NCBI GenBank assembly: GCA_012295275.1
Contig: CM022676.1
Span: 14,012,001 to 14,076,000, forward strand
Direction of reading: 5' to 3'
Length of the DNA stretch: 64,000 nt
Origin: Chrysomallon squamiferum
Lineage: Eukaryota > Animalia > Mollusca
In this document: in pieces, positions 50,430 through 64,000 of the stretch
How the letters are laid out: every line of letters begins with the position of its first letter
Position numbering within the stretch: the stretch's first letter is position 1
The notes under the pieces: generated by a model
Databases searched by the model: none
What the model was told of the DNA's origin: nothing
The model's input: only the letters and a program-made list of their open reading frames with translations
Program-made: the position numbers and the translations under genes

Positions 50430-51671
50430 AAAAACCTTAGTAGTTTTAGTCTAATTAATTTCAATAATTTCTTTCTTAAAAAAAATAAAATAAAATAAAA
50501 GTAAAAAATATAAAATAAAATAAAATAAAATAAAATAAAAGAAATAAATAAATAAATACTAATAATAATAATAATAATAAAAATAATAATGAAATGAACT
50601 GTTCAGTTGAAACAAAATGTTCACTGAAAGTGAGTCATGCATATATACCTGTATCTAATAAAGTAATTAAAGCTGTAATAACACATATATAAAAGATTTC
50701 ACCTGTTTATATTCATTAGAAAACTATTATCAAAACACACATATAGAAAATCACCAGTGGGCGAGGGGTGAAGTGACTGTTGCTGTTTGCACAGATCTTG
50801 TTTAGAGAACCGCAAAGAAGAATAGATGCTATACATATTTTAACAAATCATTAATAGGAGAAGATAAATTTAAATAGTTCTCCAATACATTTAAAATAGT
50901 TATAATTCTCGTAACATAAAGTCACTGTGAATTCATGGTCAGAAGAGTATAACAGTTTTATAATACCTTAAAAAATCAAACCCAAAAAAATAACAAGAAC
51001 AAACAAAAAAATGTTAATTCAGTAACAGAAAAATAAAAAGAGAAAAAGAATAAGAATAAAGGCTAGTGCTTCTACTACTGCTCTGTTGAACTACTACCAA
51101 TGATAATAAAGTATATGATAGACAATTAGGAAAACCTGAAATAAAGAATTTGAATTCAATTTTAATCTTAAAAAAAAAAAAAAAAAAATAAATAAATAAA
51201 AAAAAAATATCGAGATATTCATTGTAGCGGTCTAAGGGGAACAACTCTATTTTAGTATCGTGATCTAATTGGAAATTCGCACTTAACAACAAATAAATAT
51301 ATTTGAACTTAAAAAAAAAAAAAAAAAAAAAAAAAAAGTCACAAATCAGTTGTTTTATCTTCCCCCATATCGTAAATGATTTTTAAAATTGCTTACCGTG
51401 CTTGAGTTCGGAATAGGTACTTTTTTTTTGGTTTTGTTTTGTCTTTCTCTTAATAAAAATCTGCATTTTTTTATTTTATATTAATTATTTGAAGCGATTT
51501 CATTTTTTTCTTTCTTTTTTAATCCATAATTAATTATACACTGCATTAAATCGAAAACAAGTAAAATTATGGTGTAAGGGAAACAACTCTAAAATGATGT
51601 TTCAACTTACCTATTTCCGTTAACTACGTTTCTTATTCTTTTTATATATATATAATAAATAAATACAAAAA

Positions 51672-51737
<66 letters not shown>

Positions 51738-51954
51738 TAAAAAAAAAAAAAAAACGACAACAGCTATTTACATTTATTTAGTATTAGAGAATAAATACAA
51801 ATCAAATGTTATTTACATTTACTATAACATCAGAAAATTCTTCTTGCAAAACTTTCTATTAGAGTTATTCCCTTTAAACCTTAAATTTACTTATTTAATT
51901 TAATTTTTCATTTCATTTATTTATTTATTTATTTATTATTATTATTATTATTAA

Positions 51955-51987
<33 letters not shown>

Positions 51988-52399
51988 GATTATTATTATT
52001 ATTATCATCATCATCATCATTTTATTTTCACCTATTATGATCACAGACATATCACTTAAAATGTTTATTTCTTTTATTTATTTTATAACTCTTTCGTCGT
52101 TTTATTTCTTATTTCTTTATTCAAATTATAAACTGATATATTAAAAGTTAATCAACACACTGACCAGATGGAATAAATTATGTAAATTCCAAATTGGAGT
52201 TACTCCCCTTAGACCGTAAATTCACTTTTCTTGATAATATTTTCTAAGATATAGATAAAAATAAGTTTTAATTTTAGATTTAATTTAGGAAGATAATTCA
52301 GCTATAAATTTCCCCTTAGACCGTAAATGTGCCATTTTTGATCAATCAATGCAGATAATTTAATTCTTCTTTCTTTTTTGTTTTCAGAAACTGAAACGT

Positions 52400-52433
<34 letters not shown>

Positions 52434-52759
52434 TGATGATGATGATGATGATGATGATAAATAAAGAAATTAATTAAGTATTTTTCAGTTATTAAAACCA
52501 AATATGATTAAGCTTTTGCAATTTTCCGTTATTATGATAAGAGAAATATTACATATACATTTTGTCTTATTTTGTTTATTTTATAACTCTTATTCCATGC
52601 TTATTTATTATTTCTTTATTTGAATTTTAAATTGATATACTAAAATTCAATCAAAGGACTAACCAGATGGAATAATTATTAAGCAGATTTCTTGTTTACT
52701 TTTCCTTCCTAAATAAACATTTTAAGGTTATTCCAAAAAATGGCATTTTAGTTTCATAT

Positions 52760-52816
<57 letters not shown>

Positions 52817-53456
52817 TAATTAATTTTAAGTTGCAGGTTGAGAATCCTCAATTTCAGATTTTAAAGAGTTTAGGATATAAAGAGGTAGCCTGAGTGTAGG
52901 ATCTAAGTCTAAATACAAACTCTGTTTATATTTTATACACAGTTTATGCAAACAGTTTTCAGCTCATATGATAACAGAAGTATAACTTAGACTCGTTGTT
53001 TTCCTTTATTTATTTATTTTATTTTATTAGAATAAATATAAAAATAAAATTACTTTGTTTTTTGCATTTCTTTTTTATTTTATTTCATTAGCTATCACCA
53101 TCTTTTTCACATTTTTTAGCTTCTGTGATACATTTATCATGTCTTATTATTACATAAGAAAGATTTCCATCTTGGTTAATTAATTAACATATTAATATGC
53201 ACTTCATATACTTCTTTATATGTAGATGATTATAATTTCCTACTTGATCTCTAGGAATTCCTTAGGCTGTATCCACTAAAGGCCATGAATGGATTGCAGC
53301 AAATCCATTGTAGTGTCAAACCTAGTTTTACATCCATTGTGTGTTTAGTAAGTGTTTTTATAACCTTTATTAATTTATTAAATTTACCTTTATTATTTTT
53401 GGTTTTGTTTCTGTAGAATTATTCTGTTTGTGCCATTTTTTTTTATAATGACATTC

Positions 53457-53496
<40 letters not shown>

Positions 53497-54697
53497 AGTA
53501 AATAAAATAAATAAATAAATATTAAAATAAATATTAAAATAAATAAACAAACAAAATTAATGGGAAAAATATATAAAAAAAAAAAAAACACAGACAGACC
53601 CCACATCCAAAACCATCCAAAAACAATAAACCAATAAATAATAATAGAATTATAAAATTTGTCTAATAAAATAAGGAATATAAATATAATTGAAGTTGTT
53701 GCTTTATTATTCATAGTAGTAGTTGTAATAGAATTATCATTACAATAATAATAATAATAATAATAATAATCATAATAATAATAATAAAAAGAAGATAAAA
53801 GCGAACAAGCCAATAATGAAATGTCTGTCATTTTACTTAGCTATATTAGCCTTTCAAAACATTATGTCCAAAACATTTCCTCTTAATTTTATTAAAACAA
53901 ATATAAATGGCATGAAATTAACTTAAAGTGAAACTAATTTGCCTGTTCATTTACTTTTAAAAGTGGCTGATGGCCTAAAACCAAGCATTTCCAAAAGCAG
54001 TTTCTGATACTAACAGCACTTACTCTGTATTTCTTTTTTATAATGATGATGATTTAATTTGTTTACATTTTACTCTCTGTGTAATAAGATTTTGAAATAC
54101 TAGATACTAACACGGTCAGATACAGCAGTACTGGTTTTAGTTATTTCATAAAGGATTAAACTGAAAAATGTAGATAAGATTTTATATTCTACTATAAATA
54201 AAGGGAAAGAAAACTAATTTCAAACATAGGTTTTACTCCCATCGAATATCAGTTTTATTATTTTAAATATGTTTCTTATTTTCAAACATTAAACATTTAA
54301 AAATACATGTTCCTTGGAAGTAAGTTTCCATACACCTAAGTAAAAGAGTGTTGTAATAAGAAATATATTTAATATGTTTGCCACTATACAAATATTAGAA
54401 AGCTAGTTTTAGCAAATGTATACAAATCTAGTAGAAATATTAGTGGGTGTGAAACTGCACTGTTGTTTCACAAGAACTAACTAGAAAAGTATTGAACAAG
54501 AACTTGGGCCATTTAAACAGAAAAAAACAGAAAAATCATTATAAACAGAATTTTTTTTTTACATATGCCTCCAATACAATTAAATAATCCAAAAGAATAA
54601 TGATTAAAATATAGTAAATTAATATTAAAAAGTGTTTAATTATTTTGTGATAAATTATTAAAAGAATAATAATAATTCATGAAATTCTACTACTGTA

Positions 54698-54752
<55 letters not shown>

Positions 54753-54865
54753 CTCAGCATCATACAACAGTAAGAGCAATAAAAATAATAATTAAATCAT
54801 CACAGAAAAACGAGAAATAAGGATATACAAACATTGTGAAGATTAGTGTTTAGCATAAAAACAAA

Positions 54866-55110
54866 GGTCTAAGGGGAATAACTCTATTTTAGTATAGCCG
54901 GGCTAGTCGAAACGGAAATATGCAAAAGTCAGTATATTAGGTTTCCAAAAACACACTATTTTTAACTTAAATTAAAAGTAAATAAATAGATAATAAATAT
55001 AACACTTATTCGAAAAGGAAATAGAGGCAAATTTAAAGGAATTTAAATTAACGATATCATTAGTAGATGGCAATTCCAAAACTTTAATTTAGAGTTATAC
55101 CCCTTAGACC
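54866..55110. mobile_element. MITE-like element with 21-bp inverted termini
   Basis: GGTCTAAGGGGAATAACTCTA ... TAGAGTTATACCCCTTAGACC (20/21 inverted); related motifs at 51229, 51571, 51860, 52197, 52310. Confidence 0.55.
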
Positions 55111-55161
55111 GTAAATTTAAGTTCTTGATAAACGACATTATACTTTGCGTTTTATTTTCCA

Positions 55162-55216
<55 letters not shown>

Positions 55217-55284
55217 CTCCACATATTTCACAACTAGTTATTTTACGTCTTCAGAAATACAGAGATATTTTTATTTCCCATAAA

Positions 55285-55335
<51 letters not shown>

Positions 55336-56100
55336 CAACAACAACAACAACAACAACAACAATTACAACTGCTATTCTTAAACTTTTATTTTAGACCGTA
55401 CATTTACTATTCTTGATGAGGACGATATATTTTGTCTTTCATGTTTTTATTATTTTTTATTATTATTATAATTAAAAATATAGATTTGATTTTATTTCCC
55501 ATATAACAATAATAACAGAACTAATATTAATCTGAAGTTATTTTAAAACGACAATCTCCTAACATTTCTCGCTTATTTGGTAAAATGTTGACAATGGGCA
55601 AATTCAGTCTTATTAATTATGATAAAATGCTTAGTATAATAACAAAATATTTCTTTATCGAAATCACAAAACTATACATGTATTATCAAGTAATAATAGC
55701 AAAAATGTGCAACATTTGATGAAATACTTGTTCGACCTATGATGTGATTCGATTGTCAGTACGGAGCAGGAGTAATAACTCTTGTTTTATATATATATTT
55801 TACAGATTTAGCCAGGCAGAAACTTTCCTAACACTTTACAGTTTGATCCACAGGTGAATCAAATCACATCAGACCAGTTAAATCTTAAATTTTTCAGTCA
55901 AAGCAAATGTTTTTCTGATTGTAATAGTATAGTGTAAATATATGTGCAGTGAAAATGTTATTACATTTATTAACATGGCCAAGAACAGACCCAGCAAGCA
56001 GAAATAAAGCAGAAATGTAGTTTTATAAATCACAAGTTTTACCCTGACCTTGATAACACCCAATTAAGTAAAACGTATTAAAGCTTCTCCATAACACATA

Positions 56101-56204
<104 letters not shown>

Positions 56205-57977
56205 GGTATTTTATAAATAAAAATGTTGGTGACTTTTTTCAAAAGAATACGCGATATTAACATTGTAACACATTGAAACAGGGAAACCATTTAATTACAG
56301 TAATAGAACTAGAAATCTCAGACTGTTTAAATATAGTTTAAAGTGAATGTGCACTGAAATACTTCAATGTAACACTGAATTTCAGTAATCTTATGAATTT
56401 GTTAATTCAGTGGGGGAAAAAAAGAAGAAAAATATAGAAGAAAATAGTTAATAATTAATAAAATGACCTGCAACTTATATAATTTTAACTGTTTTCATAG
56501 AAGACAATCTATCGTAACTCCCAAATCTGAAAGATTTTCATTAATAATTTTTTTTTTTTTTTTTTATAAAAGTGTTTTTTATTGAAAACGTTCCAGATTT
56601 CTAAATAAACAAATATTTTTGATTATCATAATGTTAAAGTTACTGATTTGAACTTGTCCTTTTCGTCTCCAGTATTTTAGAGACACAAATTAATTCACCG
56701 TTTATTTATAAAGAAACGATAAATAGAATAATGATAATGAACTGTCTAATCTACATAACTGTCGAAACAATAAATTCATTGTCAGAAGACATAATGGGAG
56801 TGGTATAGTCAAATATCAACACGTAATCCACTATATATTGATATTCTATATAATTAATGTTAATATAGTTGCCAGACTATTGTTAAATCAGCATCTCATA
56901 TTTATTTTAAAATATATTTTACTAGGAAATTAGAGTCCAAATACTTACACGTTTTACATTAATATATAATATAATTAGTCTAATAAGAGCAAAACATTGA
57001 AGGTATTTACTATTGAATAATGGTATTTAGAGGAAGGGTGGTAGTTATAGTAACAATGATAGTGGTCGTAGTAGTTACACTTTAGTCTGTTGTAAGAATC
57101 TGATAGATCTGTCATATCTCAAGGTTTATCTGTCTGTGAGGTGTGTGTAGATCTACAGCAAACCAGTGATCACTAAAGTGTTAAATAATAATATTAAAAA
57201 AGAAAGAAAAAAGTAATAGATCATGAACTGAACCACTCAAGTACAGTTAAACACAGAAAACAGTGAAAACTAGATATACAAAGATAAACTGACGGAGAAA
57301 TAGACCAAGCAGACAGACAATGAACTAAATAAAAGAAACGTTACAAACAAAGATTACTTACACGGTTATTAAATAACACGTAGCTGAAGATAGAGACTCG
57401 ATTCCACTCTTCGCCATAGCTAAACAATATAAAATTTAGAAAACTGTGAAAATCTTTTAAACATCAGTGTTAAATCCACGATATCAAAACTCAATTCAAG
57501 TTTATCTATTAATGACCAATTTTTCAGTGGCTTTTTTGCTAATTACAGGAATATGATCAATATTTTTACGTATTTGTGTTTTGTGTGCTGACGTAACGAG
57601 ACCCTTTAACATTGGAACGTATCGTTTGGCAGTCGAAACTTGGGATTCTGTTCGAAAGTCGAGACAAAACTAAAGTATTATGGGATATGTATAAAAAAAG
57701 AGAAAAAAATTGTCGATTGGGAATCTAAAGAAGCCAAGTCTAGTTACAGCTCTGTTACACTGGGAGTTTCTCAATGGGATTGTCATAAAAATAACTACAA
57801 CAACAATAAAAAGTTAACTATTCTGTAAAAATTAGTCACACTTTACACACGTTAGAAACTTTTAGTTATTTCTTTATGTTTTGTACGCAAGAACATTTGT
57901 CTGAATGTGTTAAACACACCGTTACATACACACGGCTATCATTATCATTATATTTATAGTTTACGAGCAAAACCTAC

Positions 57978-58292
57978 AAGCGCCCATGACATGTACAACT
58001 ATGACATTGCTTTTGTGTTTTCCATGTAGATCTGAACAGAACCATTTCACTTCATCTTCGCTGAAAAAGACTTTGGGTATTGTTAGTGTGAATACAGTTC
58101 CCTCGTTACATTTGAACTTGTATTTTCTTGGCAGATATCCACTGCAGTTTGACCCGTGACCTTGGTGAACATTCATGGTCAAGGTCCCGCGCGTCCAGCC
58201 TATCCCTGCCACTCTGCGACGTGTGTGACACGTGAGTGTGAAAGATAATCCAACCTCAACTGCGTTTCCCGACTTTTTGAGGAAATGCGCGT
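57978..58292 (-). pseudogene. Orphan Ig-like exon (open frame, acceptor reads AA instead of AG)
   Basis: AHFLKKSGNAVEVGLSFTLTC...IGWTR...NC...FKC...FTLTIP...DEVKWFC...SNVIVVHV, 315 nt, gtaggt donor; upstream context cttttcaa|AC. Confidence 0.75.
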
Positions 58293-58384
58293 TTGAAAAG
58301 TATGTGATAATTACATTTACTTAGTAAAAAAAAATAAAAAAGAAAAAGAAAAAGAAAAAAAAAAATAATAAAAATAAACACAAA

Positions 58385-58620
58385 TACCGTGGTATATTTT
58401 TTGACTTATGAGTTTAATTCGTTCCGTGACCAAGCTCGTATCTCAGTTTGCTCGTATATCAAATCAATTTTCCCACCTGAAATTAACTGAAATACCATTT
58501 ATCCGTTCCAGGTCCCCCAAAACCACCCCGATTTTTTGTAACGTTTTTTTAAATAAGAAAAATGTATTTATAAATGAAAATATTGTATAAAAACAAAATA
58601 AATACCATAACATTTTCACT
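58385..58620 (+). mobile_element. Tigger/pogo-like transposon end fragment
   Basis: GACTTATGAGTTTAATTCGTTCCGTGACC...CTCGTATATCAAATCAATTTTCCC...ATCCGTTCCAG resembles Tigger-type subterminal sequence (from recall); right boundary uncertain. Confidence 0.5.
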
Positions 58621-59227
58621 GTAAAAAATGAAATAAAAATGTAATATATATATATATATATTTCATTCATAAACATTATTTGAAACTACTATTTGTTATT
58701 CGTGTTTAAATGAACTCACTTGAAGCAGCTGTAAAGAGAATAGCACACACCAAAATGTGCCTCGCTTCCAATTCCATGATGTAATCCTCAAAAAAAAAAA
58801 AAATACCCCGTGAAACACACTTTGTATTCGAAATCTGGTAAGAATGTTCTTGTCAAGAGAGATGTTTGTGAAAAAGTTAAATTTAATGTATACCCTACGA
58901 CAGCATTTGTTAAAATGAATCGTAAACAGATGAAAACAATTACTGTAAGTATGTCTTTTATTATATTTCGAGTTATAGCTGCTGTCACATTGTTAAATAT
59001 TCCACGAGAACAAATCTGCTAAGAATAAATCTGGGTTACTACTACAGTTCTATTTTTATCCGCTATCGTTAAAAGGTCTAAGCGATCTATAAATAACCGG
59101 GTTGATCATTGTAGAGAACATTGTAAACAACAGAGAACATTTGTAGCCGATTTTACTATTTTTATTTGTTACCGATCTGCTGAAAAACAGCAGTTCGTTT
59201 CGAACGACATCTTGCATATTTAGTATA

Positions 59228-59279
<52 letters not shown>

Positions 59280-59468
59280 GTTGTTGTTGTTTCTGGACTG
59301 CTTTTAGAAATAATAATTAGATTAAATAACTCAGTAACGTGACCGTTTTGAAAACAGATTTAATAAACATATTTTAAAATGTTCTTCTTACCCTGTCACA
59401 TTTTATTTCCTACTTTATTTTGTTATTTATTACATTTTTATTGACTGATAGATTATTATTATTATTAT

Positions 59469-59500
<32 letters not shown>

Positions 59501-60318
59501 TTACAAGGAAAGAAAGATAAATATTTTCAGTAGTTAATTAAATATTATTTACATAATGTACGACGATGTGTGTGTGTGTGTGTGTGTGCGTCGATTGCTT
59601 TGCTTATAAACGTACGAGTATACTCTAACATCAAAGGTTTATCGTTTCAAGCCGTTATTTCTGTGTTGAAATGAAACCTTTAATATTAAATAACGTCCAC
59701 AGTTCAGAGGTTCTATAACCAATGAATCAAACCGTAAGCAATTCCCGATTGTTGTCCCACATATTTCTGTCTGTATGTCTGTGTGTGATACACTTATGTG
59801 TCTGTCTGTGACGGGGCAGGTGTATATCTGTTTATGTTGCATGTTAGTCCCTGTCAGTTTGCGATGTGTGAGTATATGTGTACCTCTGAGCTATATATGC
59901 ACGTGTATGCATATCTCTGTGTCATGTGTTTATGTGTGAATATGTCTGCGAATTATCTGTGTATTTTTCTATGTATATGATATGTATGCATATGTTAATA
60001 TCTTTGTGTGACGTGTGTATTTTTTCTGTTTGTATGTGATGTGTATTTGATGTCTCTCCTTGTCGTATTTTAACATGGAAATATTCAACTATGCAAGAAA
60101 TAATAAAATAAACTCTGTCAGTTTGGTAGTCATCGTGTAGAATGATGGATTACATTTATTTTATGTAACGCTATTCATAAAAATAATGCAGATGCATGCG
60201 AGCTGTTTTTTGTTAATTATCTGATGAAGTTTGTTTTATGCATGTGAATGTAAATTTTTTAATATTAGTGTATTTTATGCTATTATTGAACAATCCATTA
60301 ATCAACTTCAATGTTTAT

Positions 60319-60362
<44 letters not shown>

Positions 60363-60366
<4 letters not shown>

Positions 60367-61528
60367 TCTAACAAAACAACAACAACGCAAAAGTAGATTT
60401 TACTGAGTCATTGGGAATATCTATCTCATCGATCAACAGAAAACAACAGAATGCTCACATTTTACACACACTTTCGCAATATATTGGTATTGATAGTATT
60501 ACATTGAAAAGCCTAAAGTTCAAGGTTATAACAGTGTAATTTGAATACCTTTTGTGCCCACCATGGGAACTGCCTGACATCTTCTTCCCATGGCAGTAAT
60601 GACATTACGAGTTACACCTTGTGGAATGGTGGCCCACTCTGTCTGTAGTAATAATGCCAACTGAGCACGATTATGTGGTGTGGTTGATGCTGCCTCAGTC
60701 GTCTATCAAAATCGTCCCACAAATGTTTTAAAGGGTTCAAGTCCGGAGATTTAGAGGGCCAGGGCAGCACCTGAATGTTATTGTTGTGTAGGTACGCTGT
60801 TGCGAGTCTGGCTGCATGTGGTATCACATTGTCGTGCTGGAATACAGCGTTACCATTATTCATAAACGTTCACCACGACGTCTGTAAACTTGACATCCTC
60901 CATCAGCTCGACGAAGCAGAAATCGAGCATCGTCTCTAAACCAGACAGTTCTCCATGGTAACTGAAGCCAGACTCTGTGCAGTTGACACCACTGATGTCG
61001 TAGTCGCCGATGTTGTTGAGTTAAAACGACTTCTTACACAACGCCTGGCGCGAATACCTGCCTCACGTAAACGATTGCGCACTGTCTGAGCTGATATTCT
61101 ACACAGACCTGGTGTTGCTGAAGCAGTAGAGGTAGCCATGGTGGTTCTTTCCCGTAGATGAAGTACCCGTATGTAGCGGTCCTGGGCTCTGGTTGTTATA
61201 CGTGGTCTACTTGACTGAGACAGTGACGTGTTTTTTGGTGTTGCTGCAACAGATACCACAATCTTAAGATAGAGTTTGGGGATACACGGAACACACGGGC
61301 TACAGCTGAGAAGGATTCGCAAGCTTGTAAACGGCCGATGGCGTTGTTTCGTTGCGGTTCACCACTCAGTCGTGGCATTTGTTTGATGTTGGGTCAGAAC
61401 AAAAATAATGAACAGAAGTATTCGAAAACCTTGCATTTATATAATCCTCGTATTCAAGTCATATGTGTCAGTTTACAATAGTTATCTAAGAAATCAACCA
61501 TTTTGCGGTTGTTTTTTTTGGGGGAGTA
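60363..61528 (-). mobile_element. Degenerate Tc1/mariner (Tc1-like) transposon
   Basis: Frameshifted transposase 61378->~60612: HTH (NAIGRLQ...VARVFRVS), RPRITT..DRYI, ISAQTVRNRL, FQHDN...WPSKSPDLNPLKHLW (catalytic E appears as K); imperfect TIRs (CACTC...AACGCAAAA) inside TA runs. Confidence 0.9.
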
Positions 61529-61699
61529 TATATATATTTTTTTTTTTATTTATTTTGTTTCTAATATTCTTCTTATTATTTTTTCCTTTATTATTTTCCA
61601 TATATCTATCTTATTTTAAGTGGTTAATATAAAACTGCATTGTTCTTCTTATTACTTAGTTTTATTATTGCTCTTGTTGTTGTTATTGTTTATTGTTTA

Positions 61700-61750
<51 letters not shown>

Positions 61751-61875
61751 GTTGTTGTTGTTTTTGTTATTATATCACATAAACTATTTAACCTTTAATT
61801 GTGAGTAGTCTGTAATTTTTATTATTAAACTGAAAATTCAATTGACTTAGAAAATTTGTATCTCTCAAATCACAG

Positions 61876-62595
61876 GAACGTTTCACAACGGGGGTCTTCA
61901 ATATACGAGGATGTTGCTTTTGAACCGGGTAAGTGCAATTTTTTTCTAAACGTTTACTCTAAGAAGGCTTACTTTACGTTCAATATCTATTAAGACTTCT
62001 GGCAAGGTAATCATGAAAGAAAGAAATAAGGTACAAAATGAAATAATGAAAGAACAATTAATGAAATGAGTATGAAATTGAAGGCTGGAACAATATTATT
62101 AAAAGGTAATGGCATAAAATGTTGTCATTTATATACTGAGCTAAGAATGTCTGAAGTTATTTTGTGTTAAATGATTAATTAATTGAATTAATTTGTATTA
62201 CCTCCTCAGATAAGCAAGTATATAGTTTAACATATTTCTCTGATAAGTACAAAGTGTTTATAAATTGATATTTTGCAGTATTACAAACTATTTTATCACC
62301 ACTGTGTATTAATATCTGTCTTTATACTTGTTGTAAATTACAGCCTGGTCAAGTTAATATGTCACATTTATGTTTTTTATTTTGTATACATCTAATTATT
62401 TATTATTTAGCCATCTGGTTTTGTTAGTCTCTTTTTTTCTGCATTTCTGTATGACTTATTATGTTTGAGACATAAAGAAAATGTTTATACACCTCTTATT
62501 ATTTATATGTAGGTAACAATCTACAAGAGAGTCAGTCAACTGAACAGAATCCGTATGACGTTTTGGATTTCAGTTATAAGAAACTAAAATATTAA
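61876..62595 (+). CDS. Two plus-strand cytoplasmic-tail exons (61876-61928, 62513-62595) of an unassigned receptor: SSIYEDV ... NPYDVL ... SYKKLKY*
   Basis: cacag| ... G|gtaagt and tgtag|GT join in frame to TAA; SxYxxV ITIM consensus; upstream exons not found. Confidence 0.55.
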
Positions 62596-63309
62596 GATAT
62601 CTCTTTATTAATGTATTTACTTAAAACTTTGAAACAACTTATTTTGTTTCTTTTAGTATATATATATACACACATACACACATACATTTATATACACGTA
62701 CATACACACGTACACAGGTTAAAACTTTGAAAAACACATAACTTTAGGAAACGAAATTACATAAAATGATTATTTACAATCATGAAATTTTATTAATAAA
62801 GAGAACTAATTAAAGATATAAATATTCTTCTTTTCATACAAGAACGTCGTTATACACATTTGTTTTAAATGGGGTTTTATATTTATATTATGTTTTCATC
62901 AGTACAATATAATATATAGCGTATGTTTGAATAGTATTCTATGTTCTAAAATTACAGTGTTTTCTTTGAATGTTATGAATTAACTGATACTGTACAGTAT
63001 ATAGTTGCGATGAGTCTTTAAAATTCTGATTAATCTATATCTACTAAAATCATGATTAAGCTGTGTCTAGTAAAATTATAATTAATCTATGGCTAGTTAT
63101 ATTGGAATTAGTTGTATCCCTTTAATTGTGATTAAACTATGTATAGTAATAAAAAAAAATATGACTTTGATATTTTGTGCGCACACATACACTATATACA
63201 AAGGGGACATTTCAAAATTTTTTACTTCATTTTATTTTATTTATTGACATAATTATTTAGTATTTGTGTGTAGAGAGGTTATTACCAGTACCAACAATAT
63301 CAATGATAA

Positions 63310-63374
<65 letters not shown>

Positions 63375-63484
63375 GTAACAACATTAATAGTCACAATGAT
63401 CATGACAGTATTAATGATGGTGCTATTGCTGCTGCTGATGATGATGATGATTATAATACCAGCAATAATATAGTGATAAAATAC

Positions 63485-63828
63485 TTTTTTAAATTTATAA
63501 AATCATATGCACTGATCATTTTCTATAACCTCCACAGATTAAACCGCCATTTAATAAAGTCATTATTCACCAATGTGTTGATTCTCACAGTGATCGAATA
63601 GTTTAGGACCATTTCGCGTTTATCTTTTGTGCACATCGTTTAGTGATGCGAACTACGTAGCACTGTTTTGAAAGCAATAAAACAGAAGCAATCTTTACTG
63701 GTGGCGTATTATTTAGTATGATCAAAAAATCTCTGTGGTTTGTATACTGAGTCACATCGCAAGTTAACATGAAAGACTGATTCAGTAGAGCCACAAATAG
63801 TGTGAGACAGACAAAAGAAGTGAAACAG
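63485..63828 (-). pseudogene. Decayed Ig-like exon of the same family
   Basis: cttcgcag| acceptor; ALLNQSFMLTCDV (cf. TAVINQNFTFVCSV), then after a frameshift C...NYSITV...DFIKWRF (F-strand Cys lost). Confidence 0.5.
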
Positions 63829-64000
63829 CTGCGAAGGAAGAAAACATTTTTAAAATGTGTTCTTACCATCAGATGGTGAATGAATATACACAAACTGAAC
63901 TGCCGTTAATGAGCCACAATGAAATCAATCAATCAATCAATCAATCTAGCTCTCTTTCTCTCTCTGTCTCTCTCTCTTTATATATACACACATATACATA

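Noticed and set aside
55878-56063. Hydrophobic ORF as the missing TM or signal exon of gene D
   Set aside because: No good acceptor or ATG context; hydrophobicity is explained by T-richness.
57080-57670. Possible additional minus-strand exons downstream of the 58-kb Ig exon (including a WFAVDL peptide)
   Set aside because: Stops in all frames and no convincing domain signature.
59617-59770. Degenerate Ig exon (LVIEPLNCGRY)
   Set aside because: Too little motif support, and there is an internal stop.
62555-62590. ITAM in YDVL-DFS-YKKL
   Set aside because: The spacer is 3 residues, whereas the ITAM consensus needs about 6-8.

Overview
AT-rich, microsatellite-dense eukaryotic (animal; probably invertebrate/mollusc-like, which is inference only) genomic DNA with spliced genes. 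Most entries in the ORF track are microsatellite artefacts. Joining exons by hand at GT/AG sites reveals a tandem minus-strand cluster of single-pass immunoglobulin-superfamily (IgSF) receptors. Their N-terminal Ig domains are atypical and Cys-rich, and their cytoplasmic tails carry tyrosine motifs. Gene A (6401->215) is SP-4xIg-TM-tail with a +1 frameshift in Ig3. An 80-bp minisatellite built from its own splice acceptor lies in front of Ig2. Gene B (15767->10420, 341 aa) is SP-1xIg-like-TM with an ITIM tail and a duplicated Tyr exon. Gene C (26943->19761, 438 aa, intact) is SP-2xIg-stalk-TM with an ITSM tail. There is also a truncated paralogous tail D (~30360->29667), orphan/decayed Ig exons at ~58.0-58.3 kb and ~63.5-63.8 kb, and a plus-strand pair of ITIM-tail exons at 61876-62595. 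A 107-nt near-identical patch shared by genes A and C suggests gene conversion. The middle of the window is an old ~8-kb tandem duplication, each copy starting with an SRCR pseudo-exon. The rest is a Gypsy integrase relic, a Tc1 relic, several MITEs and a 200-N gap. All gene models come from manual reading without transcript support.
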